Origin: Camelus ferus
Lineage: Eukaryota
DNA length: 64,000 nt
Reading direction: 5' to 3'
Assembly (NCBI RefSeq): GCF_009834535.1
Contig: NC_045696.1
Coordinates: 81,904,001 to 81,968,000 of the forward strand
Shown: positions 1-12,700 of the stretch, piece after piece
Position numbering within the stretch: the first letter of the stretch is position 1
Layout of the letters: every line of letters starts with the position of its first letter
Made by a program: the position numbers and the translations under genes
The notes under the pieces: generated by a model
What the model was told of the DNA's origin: nothing
The model's database searches: none
What the model saw: the letters and a program-made list of their open reading frames with translations, nothing else

Positions 1-124
1 CAACATAAAATTCTTCCATTTTATGAGCATGTTCATTCTGCAAAGATTCGAGCTCTTTCTGTAAATTCTGCTGTTCTTCAGTGAGCTCCTTCATAGCTTT
101 TGAACTACTCAACATTTCAACTTC
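1..124 (-). CDS. SKIL: SKIL (SnoN) exon 6, partial (continues beyond window start); coiled-coil region
   Basis: Acceptor ttacag|GAA at 125/124; translates [41 protein letters not shown], matching the SnoN C-terminal coiled coil. Confidence 0.93.
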
Positions 125-419
125 CTGTAATTTAAAGAATCACAATACAATTTTTACTTTACTTCCATCATGTTAAAATTTTCAAGTCAGGAAAGAACAG
201 GACAGAAAAAATCTAAAATTCCACTGTCATATCAATTCTACATAGAAGTAATTATCTAGAAAAATTATTTTCTCTAAAGATTTAAAAGTATATTAATCTT
301 TCTGATGAACGTAAAACTGAATAATCTTAAATACATTTGCAGCATGTTATCATGACTTTTCTTAAGAATACGCAGAAGTATCTTTTCACAATGGACTATT
401 ATTTAGATAACAATTTTAC

Positions 420-662
420 CATCTGAAGTTGTTGCTTCTTCTGTAAAATTGAGTTCAGTTTTTCCTGTTGTTTTACGTAAGTTTTCATTACTTCCTCCAT
501 GATTTTTCCCTTATCATCCTCACAAATGACATCTTTGACAAGAACTGGAGGATGAAGCTACAGCATCATGGTCAGCTCCCACCTTGCTTGTGTCCCTGGT
601 TGAGTTGCAGGTAGTAGACTCAGGTTTCTTTTTACTTGTAGAATTACTCGAAACTGATGGAT
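420..662 (-). CDS. SKIL: SKIL exon 5 (243 nt), with an apparent +1 frameshift near 549-551
   Basis: Acceptor ctcaaag|AT and donor ATG|gtaaaa. The 5' half reads (D)[37 protein letters not shown]; the 3' half [40 protein letters not shown] is in a different frame. Confidence 0.9.
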
Positions 663-723
663 CTTTGAGAGGCAAAAATGAAGTAAGAGTATTAATATCA
701 CTCTGTTAAAAAGTAACTTGAAC

Positions 724-2795
724 AATCCATAAATGAAATTAAGACGATAACCCCACTTACAAATAAAATAAAAGATAATAAAATACTTACGAATGAATTT
801 AACAAAAGAGTATAAAACATGTACAATGAAAACTATAAAACATCATTTAAAGAAATAAAAGACTAAAAAATGGAAAGGCATCCCATGTTTGTGGATTGGA
901 AGACTTAATATTGTTAAGATGCTATCATGATCTGAATGTCAGTGACTTTCAAAATTCACATGTTGAAATCGTAACCCCCAATGTGATGGTTTAGGAGGTG
1001 GGGCCTTTGGGAGGTAATTAGGTCACAAGGGTCATAAGAGCCCCCATCATGGGATTTATGACCTTAAAAAGAGATTTCAGAGAGCTCTACCATTTAACCA
1101 CGCAGAAGACAGTGAAAAGACAGCCATCTATGAACCAGGTAGCAGGTCCTTGCCAGACCAAATCTGTTGGTGCCTTGATCTTGGACTTCCCAGCCTCTAG
1201 ACTGTGAAAAATAAATGTTTGTGGTGTCAGCCACTCAGTCTATGGTATTTTTGTTATAGCAGCCCAAAGGGACAATGATAAATGGTAAAACACCCCCAAA
1301 CTGATCTATGTTTTTAGTGCAATCTCTATCAAAATCCCAACTGGCTTCATGGCAGAAATAGACAAGCTGATTCTAAAACTCATATGGAAATAAAAGGAAG
1401 CCAAAATAGCCAAAACAATCTTGAAAAAGAACAATAAAGTTGGAGGACTCACAATCTCCAATTTGAAAGCTCATTACAAAGCTACAGAAATCAAAACTGT
1501 GTGCAGTACTGGCATAAGGATTGAGTCCAGAAATAAACTCATACTTTTATGGGCAACTGGTTTTCAACAATGGTGCCAAGACAGTTCAATTGGGAAAGAG
1601 AAGTCTTTTCAACAGTGTTGGGACAACTGTACCTATATACAGAGAATGAGGTTCATACCTTACATAAAAATTAACTCAAAATGGATCACAGACTTAAATG
1701 TAAGAGCCAAAACTCTTAACTGTAAATCTTTGTAAGCTTGGACTAGGCAATGGTTTCTTAGACATGACACCTAAAGTAAGCAACCAAAGAAAAACTAAAC
1801 TGGACTCCATCAGAATCTAAAACTTTTGTTCTTCAAAGGACACTAACAAGGAAGTGAAAAGGCAATTGACAGAATGGCATATTATGTAGATAAGGGTCTA
1901 GTACCCAGAATGAATAAAGAACTCCTATAACTCAATAGTAAAGAGACAAATAACCCTACTTAAAAATAGGCACAAGATCTCAATAGGCACTTTTCCAAAG
2001 ATTTGAAATGTTCAATAAAAGCATGAAAAGATACTCATTATCATTAGTCACTGGAGAATTGCAAATCAAAACTATGAGATACCACTTAACAACTACTAGA
2101 ATGGCTATAATCAAAGACAAACAATAACAAGTGTTGGCAAAAATGTGCAGAAATTAGAATCCTGAGAAGCTGCTGGTAGAAATGAAAATGGTGCAACAGC
2201 TTTGGAAAATAGTCTGGCAGTCCCTTAAGACATTAAACATAGAGTTACCATATGATCTAGCAATTCCACTCCTAAATACATACCCAAGAGAAATGAAAAC
2301 CTATGTCCACATTAAACTTGCACATAAGTCTTCAAAACAGCATTAGTCATAACAGCTGAAAAGTGTACATCCAAATGTCCATCAACTGATGAATGGATAA
2401 ACAAAATGTAGTATATCCATCCATACATTAGAATGTTATTAAGCCATAAAAAGGGAAGAATTACTAACACATGCTAAAACATGGACTGAGAAAACACTAT
2501 GTTTAGTGCAAGAAGCTAGACAAAAGGCCACATGTTGTATGATCTCTCTTACAAGAAATGTCCAAAACAGACAAACCCACAAAAACAGAAAATGTATTAG
2601 TGGTTGACAGAGGCTAGTGGAAAAGGGAGAATGGAGAATAACTTCTACTGGATTACAGGTTTTCTTTTGTGGGTGATGAAATGTTCTGAAACCAAACGTT
2701 GTGATCATTGCATACCTCTGTGAATTTACTAAAAACCACTGAATTGTACACTCTAAAAGGGTAAGTTTTATGGTATATGAATTATATCAACAATT
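724..2795 (+). mobile_element. Old LINE-1 (L1M/L1MB-like) ORF2 3' part plus 3' UTR, interrupted by an LTR, in SKIL intron 4
   Basis: Degenerate ORF2 peptides ([34 protein letters not shown]) and a typical L1M 3' end (ccactgaattgtacac...gaattatatc). Confidence 0.88.
920..1280 (+). mobile_element. MaLR solo LTR (MLT1A-like) nested in the L1
   Basis: tgctat start, ggaggtggggcctttgggaggtaattagg, ccttgatcttggacttcccagcct, aataaa, ttgttatagcagccc end. Confidence 0.85.
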
Positions 2796-3287
2796 TTTTT
2801 AAGTCACTAGAATTAGATAATTTGGCAAATATAATGCAAACATGGCATAATGGTACATTACTAATTATTATTTGACATATTTAAATCTAAGGGAAATTAA
2901 GTTTTAGAAAACCTCAAAATTGAAGTACAGAAACCCACTCCCAAGAATCTCAATTATCTACAGAAACAGGTACATGACTGTTCTGAGAAAGCCGTTCCAA
3001 GAAAGCTGAAAGAGCTGTTACACTCGCCCAAGCTATACGCAAGGTTTTGCAGCTACGCAGAGGGTAGCACAGGCAGCATGTGGGCAGACGTGTCTTGCTT
3101 GGTCCACGGTATTTTAAAAGGCACTGTGAATACACAGTTTTTTGTTTTTGTTTTTTGATGTCCAGCAGGCATTCTGCATTTATGCCGAATAGCCTGGCTC
3201 CCATGGCTGTGAGTTTTCAATCCTTACTTATTCCATAACCAAGTTTCCCTGAGTCCTATACCTAACTGCTCTTACATACCCTTCTCT

Positions 3288-3372
3288 CTTTTTTAAATTG
3301 AAGGATAATTTACAATATTACATTAGTTTCAGATGTATAACATACTGATTCAGTATTTTTATAGATTGTCAT
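3288..3372 (-). mobile_element. Short L1 3' end fragment
   Basis: T-run followed by tacaatattacattagtttcagatgtataacatactgattcagtattttt, the reverse complement of the L1 tail seen at about 59730-59790. Confidence 0.6.
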
Positions 3373-3743
3373 ATACTTCTTATATTATCAGTTAAATGGG
3401 TTCTCAGTTCATAGCAAATCGGAAAGACAATAAGGACCTTCTGAAGAAATCTGACAGCAAAGAAAAGGCTGGAAGAATCAAAAATAATCAGACAGAAGCC
3501 ACTTGCAGTATGCAGCCATCTAGCCTGTGTATCTATCTCATTAGCCTCTATAGCTATCACCATGCTAGTAGAGCAGCTGAGCTTCCAAAGAGTCACTCAA
3601 GAGTTCTGAAACATGGTATTTTTTTAAAGACAAAATCTTTAATTACCTGGAAAATTCTCCTAAACAGAAATGCTCTTTGAAAGTGCTGAAAAAATGTGTC
3701 TATTAAGATATTTGATTTTAAAAGGTAAATTCTGAATACTTAC

Positions 3744-3976
3744 CTAAGTGACTATATGATTCTCTATTTGTTTTTAAATCCATTTTCTCCTGTTCCTCCA
3801 GTGAGACATCTGGATACGACACTGTTTTTTGATGTTTCCCACTACTGTGTGGCTTCTCTGACTGTCTTGGTATGGATCTGCTTGCCTCTGTCTTTGCAAC
3901 CTCTTTAGGCTGGGATGCAGCAGAAGTAAGCGACACATTTGGGGCGACCACTTTATCACACATGTATAAGTAGTAG
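3744..3976 (-). CDS. SKIL: SKIL exon 4 (233 nt)
   Basis: Acceptor ttttcag|C, donor TTAG|gtaagt; translates [26 protein letters not shown]...[17 protein letters not shown]; phases fit exons 3 and 5. Confidence 0.95.
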
Positions 3977-5494
3977 CTGAAAACAAAGAATGGCAAAGTA
4001 AGATACATATTACATTTAGGTAAAAAGCAAAATATATTACATCTATTTCTACGGTTAAACTTTTTTTTTTTACCAAAAGAGACAACATAACAACCCAGAA
4101 AATAAGGGTCACAGAAAAGAATTCTTGAAAAAGTTAGTAGTTGAGGCAGAAAGAACACAAGTTATTAGGATATTTTTGTTGTTTTACAAAAAGTAATTTC
4201 TGAGCACTAAGAAGATACTCTCTGGAAAAGAAAATCAGTCTCTTCTCTTTCCCTCAAAACCATATGAGAACGAAAACCATGAAGTATCTTTACAGAGTGA
4301 TTCAACAGCCCTGAGTAGGTAAGGTTTATGCCAAAAAGAAAACAGACCATATACTACTTTGGAGGACTATTTCCTCGTCCGCCCCCCTCCAAAGCAAGGC
4401 AGTCCTGTTCTTTGTGATGGTGAGGCTGATTCAGTCCCACACTGCATGGCTATGGCCTGATTCACCGCAGCCCCAGTGAGGAGCTCCCAGGGCCCTTCTT
4501 AGATAGCTTAGGGAAAGAACTAGCATTCTGAATGCTGTCCAGCTACTGGGCAGTCCTCCGTGGATCAAACCCCACAGAGCAATCTTCTGAAAACACTGTG
4601 GTATTGCCTACTTACTTGATAAAACAGCAATAATAAGTTGTGCAAAACTAAGATCAAAGGGTAACTACCCATTTTGCTCACAGCTCACATAAAATTGTTC
4701 AGGAAATTATGTGAGAGACTCATGGAACAAATTTGAGCTAGACATGTAAATACCATTTTACTAACTATAATCTGCTTATCCTTTAGCCAAAAGACGCAAT
4801 CATTTAACTGACCTAACACTTCATTCTCTGAACTCTAAATAATCTCCTCTTATATCACATTTTCTTTGTACAGGACATCTGTATTTTTCCTCTCTACTAA
4901 TCACATGAATTCTGAGGATGAAAACTCAGTATTCTGCTAAGAAAACTGACAAGCTTAATACTGCCCAAAGACTTACTTCAAACACAACAGGACTAGAAGG
5001 AACTGTAAGACTGAGATTCATCATCACTGTGCTTGGGGAGAATATACATGTACAGCAGCAGATTAAAAATTTAGGTTCAATAAATTAAAAGTTTATAATC
5101 CATGGTATATTTTTATTGAAAATATGAAAATTTATTTTGAGGGGTATTGTTACTATGAAAACTTCTAAGTTTCAAAAAAGTTTCTTTTTAAAATATCAAA
5201 GTTGTACACCACACTCTTGAAGAGTTGGTTTATCTCTTGAAGGGAAGTAAGGAAATTAAAAGAAAACTTTCATTTTTTTCACTTTGGGGCAAAAAGGAAA
5301 TGATCCATTTTTTAGAAAAACATAGAAACACACAGAAAAGGTTATTTCAAATATGCAACACAATTTATAATTCATTTCATTGATTAGAAAGAAAGCCTAA
5401 AAATATATAATAAATTCCCAGGACCTAGAATAGTACCTGATGTATAGAGGTTGAACGAACGAATGAATGAATGAATGAGCCAATACCCACTCAC

Positions 5495-5592
5495 CTGGGG
5501 TGTAAAAATGAATGTGTCTGAGAAACATGGTCACCTTCCTGCTTTATAACAGGATACCAAGAGTGTAATTCCATTCCTGGTGGTGTATCTAT
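5495..5592 (-). CDS. SKIL: SKIL exon 3 (98 nt)
   Basis: Acceptor ctacag|ATA, donor CCCAG|gtgagt; translates [32 protein letters not shown], including the IKQE SUMO consensus. Confidence 0.95.
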
Positions 5593-6159
5593 CTGTAGAA
5601 AAATGCAGAAGGGGAAAAGTTTACTAAAGGAAGATATGATGGTTAATTTTGAGTCAATCTGATAGAGCCATAGGCTGCCTCTGGAGGACATTGATGAGTA
5701 AAGAATTATGCTATTTAAGAATCATCTTCCTATTAAAATAGTAAGAATTCTCGCTAGAAAAATAATAAGACAGTCTTTCCTTAAACTACCATGTTTAGTC
5801 ACTTAAAACTCAAGGAGACTGCTACATGAACTGTCCCGTCACAAGAAGGGCTTGAGTCAGCATGAATGTTAACATGGAACACCAGAAATGATTTCATCAA
5901 ATACCATACTTAGAGAATCTATTTTAAAAATCCATTTTAAATAATAGTACTCTGCAAATGTACAGCATTTGTAAGCCCTGATTCTTCTTCTTATTGCTAC
6001 AATCAGCTAGAATATACCACCGTTCCTACAGTGTTTATTAGCATATTCTACTGAATAACATTCTACAGCAATAAATACTTTGCGAAACTTTGAAACCACC
6101 TTGTCTGCTAACGCTTATCAGGATACTACATTTCCTCGTAACTATGAAAAGCTCTTTCT

Positions 6160-6380
6160 CAGGGGGACGGAGGGTGGGAAGAGATAGACTGGGATTTCAA
6201 AATTGTAGAATAGATAAACAAGATTATACTGTATAGCACAGGGAATCACAGAGGAAAAAATGTGACAATGAGTGTGTATATGTCCATGTATGACTGAAAA
6301 ATTGTGCTGAACGCTAGAATTTGACACAACATTGTAAAATGATTATAAATCAATAAAAAATGTTTTAAAAAAAAAAAAAA
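6160..6380 (+). mobile_element. Young 5'-truncated L1 3' end with poly(A) and 14-bp TSD
   Basis: TSD gaaaagctctttct at 6146-6159 and 6381-6394; aataaa then A14. Confidence 0.88.
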
Positions 6381-6449
6381 GAAAAGCTCTTTCTAGTCCT
6401 AAAGGATGAACTGTACCTGTAAATAAAGGAAAAAAAGAAAGCAGCTGAC

Positions 6450-6575
6450 TACTTAATGAGCATCTACCTCAAAGTTCATGATAAGAACTTTATACATCCT
6501 GCTTAATTCTAACAAATATTTCAAGTAGGTATAATTATCTCCATTTTACAGATCAGAAAACTAAGGTTCAGAAAC
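6450..6575 (-). mobile_element. MIR SINE
   Basis: Core attatctccattttacagatcagaaaactaaggttcaga. Confidence 0.7.
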
Positions 6576-9385
6576 TAAAAAAAGGATAAATAACCTGTGT
6601 TAACTAACTTCCTCATTTCATTTGTTTTGTATTTTGTCTCCCCTCCCCCCAAAACACATATTGGTAGGAGATAAACATTTTTATTAAGAATTACTGGGCA
6701 AGGAATTTGAAAGACTAACAAGACTACAAAATTATAGAGAAAAGAGTAATATTTTGAAAGGATCTGAGAGCTGAGTATTCTGTGAGGGCCTCTAGACTGT
6801 ATGAGTAGAATTTGTTTTACAACCTCACAATCCTGATCAAGTATTCTAAAGAAGTTCAGAATCTGGGGCAAAATCAACTGCTTTTTTATAAAATAAAGCA
6901 ATCACTTGTTTACATTGTTTGTCAGCCTATAGCTTAGTTCTACCATAAATCAGAAATGGAACTGACTGCTGGCAACAGAAATACTAAATGATAGATGCCA
7001 GGTGCCAGCTGACAGCCTAAGGAGAGAAGAGAATTACAAGACATTAACACAAAAACTGATCCAAAAAGCAAGACAATCTGAGGGTTTTATCATAGGCCAG
7101 GGCAAAAATTTAATACATCTCAATTTTTCCCTATACTTATCACAACAGAGTAATTAATGTTTCAGAAGTCTTGGGTCAATATGACACAGTTAAATTACAA
7201 TCTATATTTATAGACTGTATTTTATATTTACTTATACCACATAAGTAGTATACCACATACATATATATACCATACGCATATACTTAGAAAGACTGAAAAC
7301 TATTTAAGACATTTTAGAATTCATAAAAAAAGGTTTTAAAGCTTTAGTTTTAAAAACAGTGCTGAAAAGAGTAGTTTCATTATCTAGAAAACTCACTTAG
7401 GCATAACATTTTTCACACCAACACGGGGACAAAGAGGTGCGAATGAGCATGGGTAAGCTCACTCTAATAAATCAATAAAATGTAAGATCGGCTTAAATTA
7501 AATGAGAATTTTCTTTTTTCGAAGGTATTTTTAAACTCATTATTTAGAAAATAAAGAAAGTTCCACTTTAAATCAGTTTTATATCTGAAATAATTCTGGA
7601 TGTGCTGCCCAAGAAATAAACTGGTTCCAAATTTTTAAAATTAAAATTGCTAAAATTGATTTATATATTTAAAAGTTCTTCCTACTATGAATATCTGGAA
7701 TCTCAAACTTCAGAATAACAAATTCTAAACTTCTTCAGCCAAAGATCTTGACTTGAAATCTGATTCAATTTTTATCAAGTTCATTTCAAAACTCTACAGC
7801 TTGATTTGTTTTACTTTTATTCATGATCCAAACTCAGTGTATCTTTGTTTCTATGATGTCTCTAAACTTCAAATGCCGCCTTAAATAATTGCTAGCACAT
7901 TTGTTCATTTTTAAACATCCATCCCTTTCTAGTTTCTGTCCTTTATTTCGTTTCCTATTCTTGCACACACCCACTAAGGCAGTCAGAGGAGGGGTTCTAA
8001 AGAAACCCTCCTTAAAGACCACTTGGTGCAGTCCTCTAGCTAATGTCTGAATTCCCTATACAAAATCCCCGACAATTGGCTATCTGGACTCTGTCTGAAC
8101 AGCAGCTTGAGGTCAAGGGCTGTCTTAATTACTTTTGTATTTTCACTACCTAGCACTATGCCTGGCATGTAGTAGGAACTCAATAAATATTTGCTGAATG
8201 AATTCTGACTGACAGTGTAGCTCATTAATTTCTAGGGTGGCCTCTTTTAAGGTTACTGTGCTACCACAAAACTCGCAAGATAGTCTCTTTCACATTTAAT
8301 ACCCTTCTGTTCCATGAAGTACTATGAAGTGCCAAAGAATCCCAACAGTCTCTGGGATGTATTTTTAGAGATCAGATCTACAAAGTAAATGACATAAATG
8401 ATGGGGAAATGCACAACACTAACCATGATAAAATGCTGGGAGTTAATTTTACTTAATATGCTGTGGTAAACCATAAACACATTTATAACAAATTATCCTA
8501 ACTGCATGTTAAAAACAATTAAGAAAAGCATATATTATACAACAGAATATTCACAGGCATGCCAGATTTTCTCATCTACTCTGCATTTGTGGCAACATAC
8601 AAATTAGATCTTCAAAAACATAACAATATAATTAAATGGCACAGCAGTAATGCTACTACTGATCAGGAATAAAAATTAGACACCAAGATACAAGCATCTA
8701 CTGCCTTTTATCTTACCTTTCAATAAAAGACTAATTTATTCTCTTTATGTATTTAAACGTTAAAATAGAATACACTACATTACTTGGCAAAGAAGAGAGG
8801 CAGATCACTTAGTAACTTAAGTTAGAGTCTTAACATTTTAAAATACTATTGTCCAACGTCCCCACCATTATCTACCACAAAATGAACAGATGGCATCCTC
8901 ATCTGAAACACATAAGAAAAACTTCAGACATATGATTTCATTCCAAAACCTCAAAACAACAAATAATGTCTATGAAAGCAAAATTTAAACAATCCCAAAT
9001 TGTATAGTAGAAGAGTAAATTTTAAATAAGTAGAAATTAGAAGATGTTTTATTCAAATTTCTCTAAATTTCAACTTACTATGTTATGTATACAGAACCCT
9101 TTAATAATCAGATTTCCTAATAAAGAACCATTGTATTTTGGTACAATGCTTATTAGTCTCACAATGACAAATAATTTAGAGAACTTGATTTCATTTATAA
9201 AAAAGACCAATCAGCAATTTTATTACCACTTTCTAGTTATAAAAGCAATTCCACCCACTCAGCACTACTCATATACAAACTTTCCAATTTGCACTTAAAA
9301 AAACCAAAACCAAAAATAAAAATAACACAAAAATCAAAACCCTCTAAAATTTCCAGACTTATCTTCAATAATAAACTTGGCTTTT

Positions 9386-9768
9386 CGTAAAAAATAAAAT
9401 TTTTGCAGCAACATGGATGGACCTGAAGATTGTCATTCTAAGTGAAGTAAGAAAGAAAAAGAAAAATGCCACATGATATTGCTTATATGTGGAATCTAAA
9501 AAAAGGACACAAATGAACTTATCTACAAAACAGAAACAGATTCAGACATAGAAAACAAACTATGGTTACCAGCGGGTAAAGGGGGTGGGAAGGGATAAAT
9601 TGGGAATTCGAAAATTGCACCTTTTAGGGAGTGATGGAAATGTTATTAACTATCTTAATCGTGGTGGTGGTTTCATGGTACACATCTTTCAAAATTCACC
9701 AAATTGTACATCTGAAACATTTATAGTTTACTGTACAGGACTCATACCACAATAAAGGTGTTAAAAAA
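9386..9768 (+). mobile_element. L1 3' fragment, apparently chimeric, with an approximately 20-bp TSD
   Basis: tttgcagcaacatggatggacct...ggaatctaaaa L1 motifs; flanking direct repeats at 9366-9385 and 9769-9788 (18/20 identical). Confidence 0.8.
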
Positions 9769-12700
9769 CAATAACAACCTTGGCTTTTAAGTGGTATTCC
9801 AGTTTGTAATTATGATATCAGATTAGTATTATGATCTTTAATTAAATCTTAATGACAAACATTGACTAACTAAAGAAATCCAGACAATGCCTTAAAGTAT
9901 GAATGGGATTTCAAACCCTTCCCCCTCCAAAAAAAATAATTAAATTTTTTTAAAATATGTGGGAAATTATTTTTAAAAACAAAATTTAGAAAAACAATGA
10001 TTTTTACATTTTGATATTTATATACCAGTAAGCATACAAAGCACTAGTAGATTGGTAAATTTCAGTCTATCCTTCTATAATGGTGTGATTACACAAAAAA
10101 TAAAATATAATGCATATCAAATACACATTACTTTGTATGAGCCAAACATAAATCGTTAACCTCACTAAATACATGAACGAACACATAGTTAGGCAACAAC
10201 TCCTTGGGTATAAAGCAAATATACTTCCCAGGCTCCTTTTACTGTGTGTAATACTAAGACACTCAAGTGGTCCATAAATGATTTCAGAAGGACACAAAAG
10301 ATGCCCTACCAGACAGCTGCCAGCGACTCCTACTGAAAGAAACTGAATCTCTTAGAATAGGATCAGCTTTCCTCAATACTTTCAACGTGTTGTGAATGAG
10401 TGTTTCAACTACTGAAACAGGAATAGTGTTGCAAGGTAGCAAATAGCTACTTAAGAGATTTTAAGGCTTAGTTTTAGTGCCTGGCTTCATTGTAATTATT
10501 AGAATTAATCAACCTAATGCAAAACTGGAACAATATGATCCAAGCACCTCCACTAACTTACCAAAGATGGATCTGCAGGAGTCATAACAATGTCTGCTGC
10601 TCCTCCACGCTGCAAGATCATACCACCTACCTCACAAAGCCAGTTTTGGGGTTAAAAGTGATTAAAAATGCTCACAGGAAAAGCAAAGGCCCATGTTCCT
10701 ACAATGTGCAACTATCATTTTAAATCCTTCATGGAAACAAGGCCATGTAAAGGCAGTAGCATGGTATCACTTACTCCCTTTAAAACTTGAAGGAAAAGGA
10801 ACAAACTGACAAAAATCCTGTTAATTCCTGGGGCTTTATAATTTTTTTTTTATACTGGAGTTCTATAGTGTCCAGTCTATTTTATATTGCAATTACTCGG
10901 AAATTTCCATGTCATATATATCTTTTCATTAAAATATTTGTTGTCAAAAGTTTTACTCTATATAAGTCTAGGGTTTTGCTTTTCTAGTCCATTTCAGTAA
11001 TATACACTTTAAAAAAATTTATCTCAGTTTCTGGCCTTCAACTAATGTAAACTGACAGTATCAAAAGGTAAATTAATTTTACTATATGCAATGAACTGCA
11101 TTTTTCATTTTACTCTATTTCATATATTTTTTAAATGCTGGTGACCCACTAAATTGACTTCTTTAATGCCCCCTTCCTCCTTCTCAGCTGGGCTTCTCAA
11201 GAGAATTAAGCCCAACTGCTCCAAAGCTTCCATTGTATGCAATGAATTAACTTCTCTCCAAAGCATTTAGAACGGTACTATATACCACCCCTTCTGTAAG
11301 GCTTAATTCTCCTCTCATAGATGCCTAGATGAGAAAGGCTGCATGGGTGACACACTGCAACTGGTCTATTGCTCTAAATTTGTAATCTGACACTATTCTA
11401 AGTGCGCTGTGCTAAAATTTGCCCCAAAGTATTATTTCAACAATTAATCTTAAATTAATAACATGAGTGCTCTACAGATGCTTTTTGCACAGATTTACAA
11501 AGTATCACATATGTAAAGGAATAAATTCCAATGGTGGTTATCACTCCATGGTGAAATTACAAGAAAACTCTGTTGTTTTCTTTGTACTTTTTAAGGATTT
11601 ACTATAATGGGCCTGTATTGCTTTCTTAATCACATCAAAAAACTTTCTCAAAATGGAATAAAAGTGGTCTTTAATTAAAGTCTTTTTTTTTTTAACTTTT
11701 GTATTCCTTGTCCCTATAAGATAAACAAAACATAGACTTTTAAGGTTATTTGACATCTCAAAATAAATTCATTACCAAAAATGAAAATAAAATGCTACTT
11801 CAGTTTAAAACTAACCCTGTTTTTCTCCTTGAAAATCACTGGTAGCTTTCTAGGGCTACTAAGGGTTTTCATTCACTTTCATAAAAACCTTTATTAAGCA
11901 TCTACCACGTTCTACATTCAGAAACTAGAAGAGGATTTCCCGCCCTAGGGAGCCTCCACCTAGTCTTTACATACGTGTTTCTGTCACCCATCTCTAAGTC
12001 TGGAAATTAAAATGAGTTTTAAACTAATTTTGTATCTTTCCTTTTCATTCCTCTTTCTGCCTAACATGGCGGTAATACTTTATTGAGGGATGGAAGCAAA
12101 CCACACCTTTACAAAAGAGAATGGCTTAATTAATTATATTCTTTATGCGTTTTGTAGTCTAACAAAATCCTTACATTATTTTAATGTATATATATAACGT
12201 ACATGAAACCTCAACAGAACAAAATGCTATGTGTGGACAAAATCAGGTTCAAGCCATTACTAACACACTATTCCCAAACTAGTTCTACCTCTTTACCTGA
12301 ACAAATTGAGTTCTGGTTCCACACTTTCTACTTCGAGAATTCTAAAGGGATTCAAATTAACCCAATTCTTGAGTTCTTCCTTGTTCTCCTAGTGGCATAA
12401 ATTATAAGTACGCAGGGCTGTGAGAACACTACTAGCTGGCTGCACGTTGATTCAAGTCCATCCTTTTTCTTTTCTTCCTTTAAGTTTCTTAATTTTTTTC
12501 CCATTTCTAACATCAAAAGGATACATTTCTAAGTTTTTTATCATAAGCCTTTTTCAAAATGTTAACATTTTTAAATGTTTTACCATTTTTTAATGGTAAA
12601 AATGATTAAAGGCTCCCTATTTCCTAAACCATGAGAGGGCACTATTTCCAAAGTCATTCTGAAGATTTCACTGAAATGTCCTTCTTCAATATATTTTATA

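Noticed and set aside
420..662. Rescue of the exon 5 frameshift by entering in phase 0 (for example from the GAG|gcaagc site in exon 4)
   Set aside because: The phase-0 reading hits TAG (...ATG ATG CTG TAG) before the indel.
1421..1735. 104-aa ORF
   Set aside because: Degenerate L1 ORF2 remnant, not a host gene; the same applies to ORFs at 26780-27022 and 59052-59651.
7230..7285. Degenerate tataccacata repeats
   Set aside because: Low-complexity microsatellite-like DNA with no regular repeat-spacer structure.
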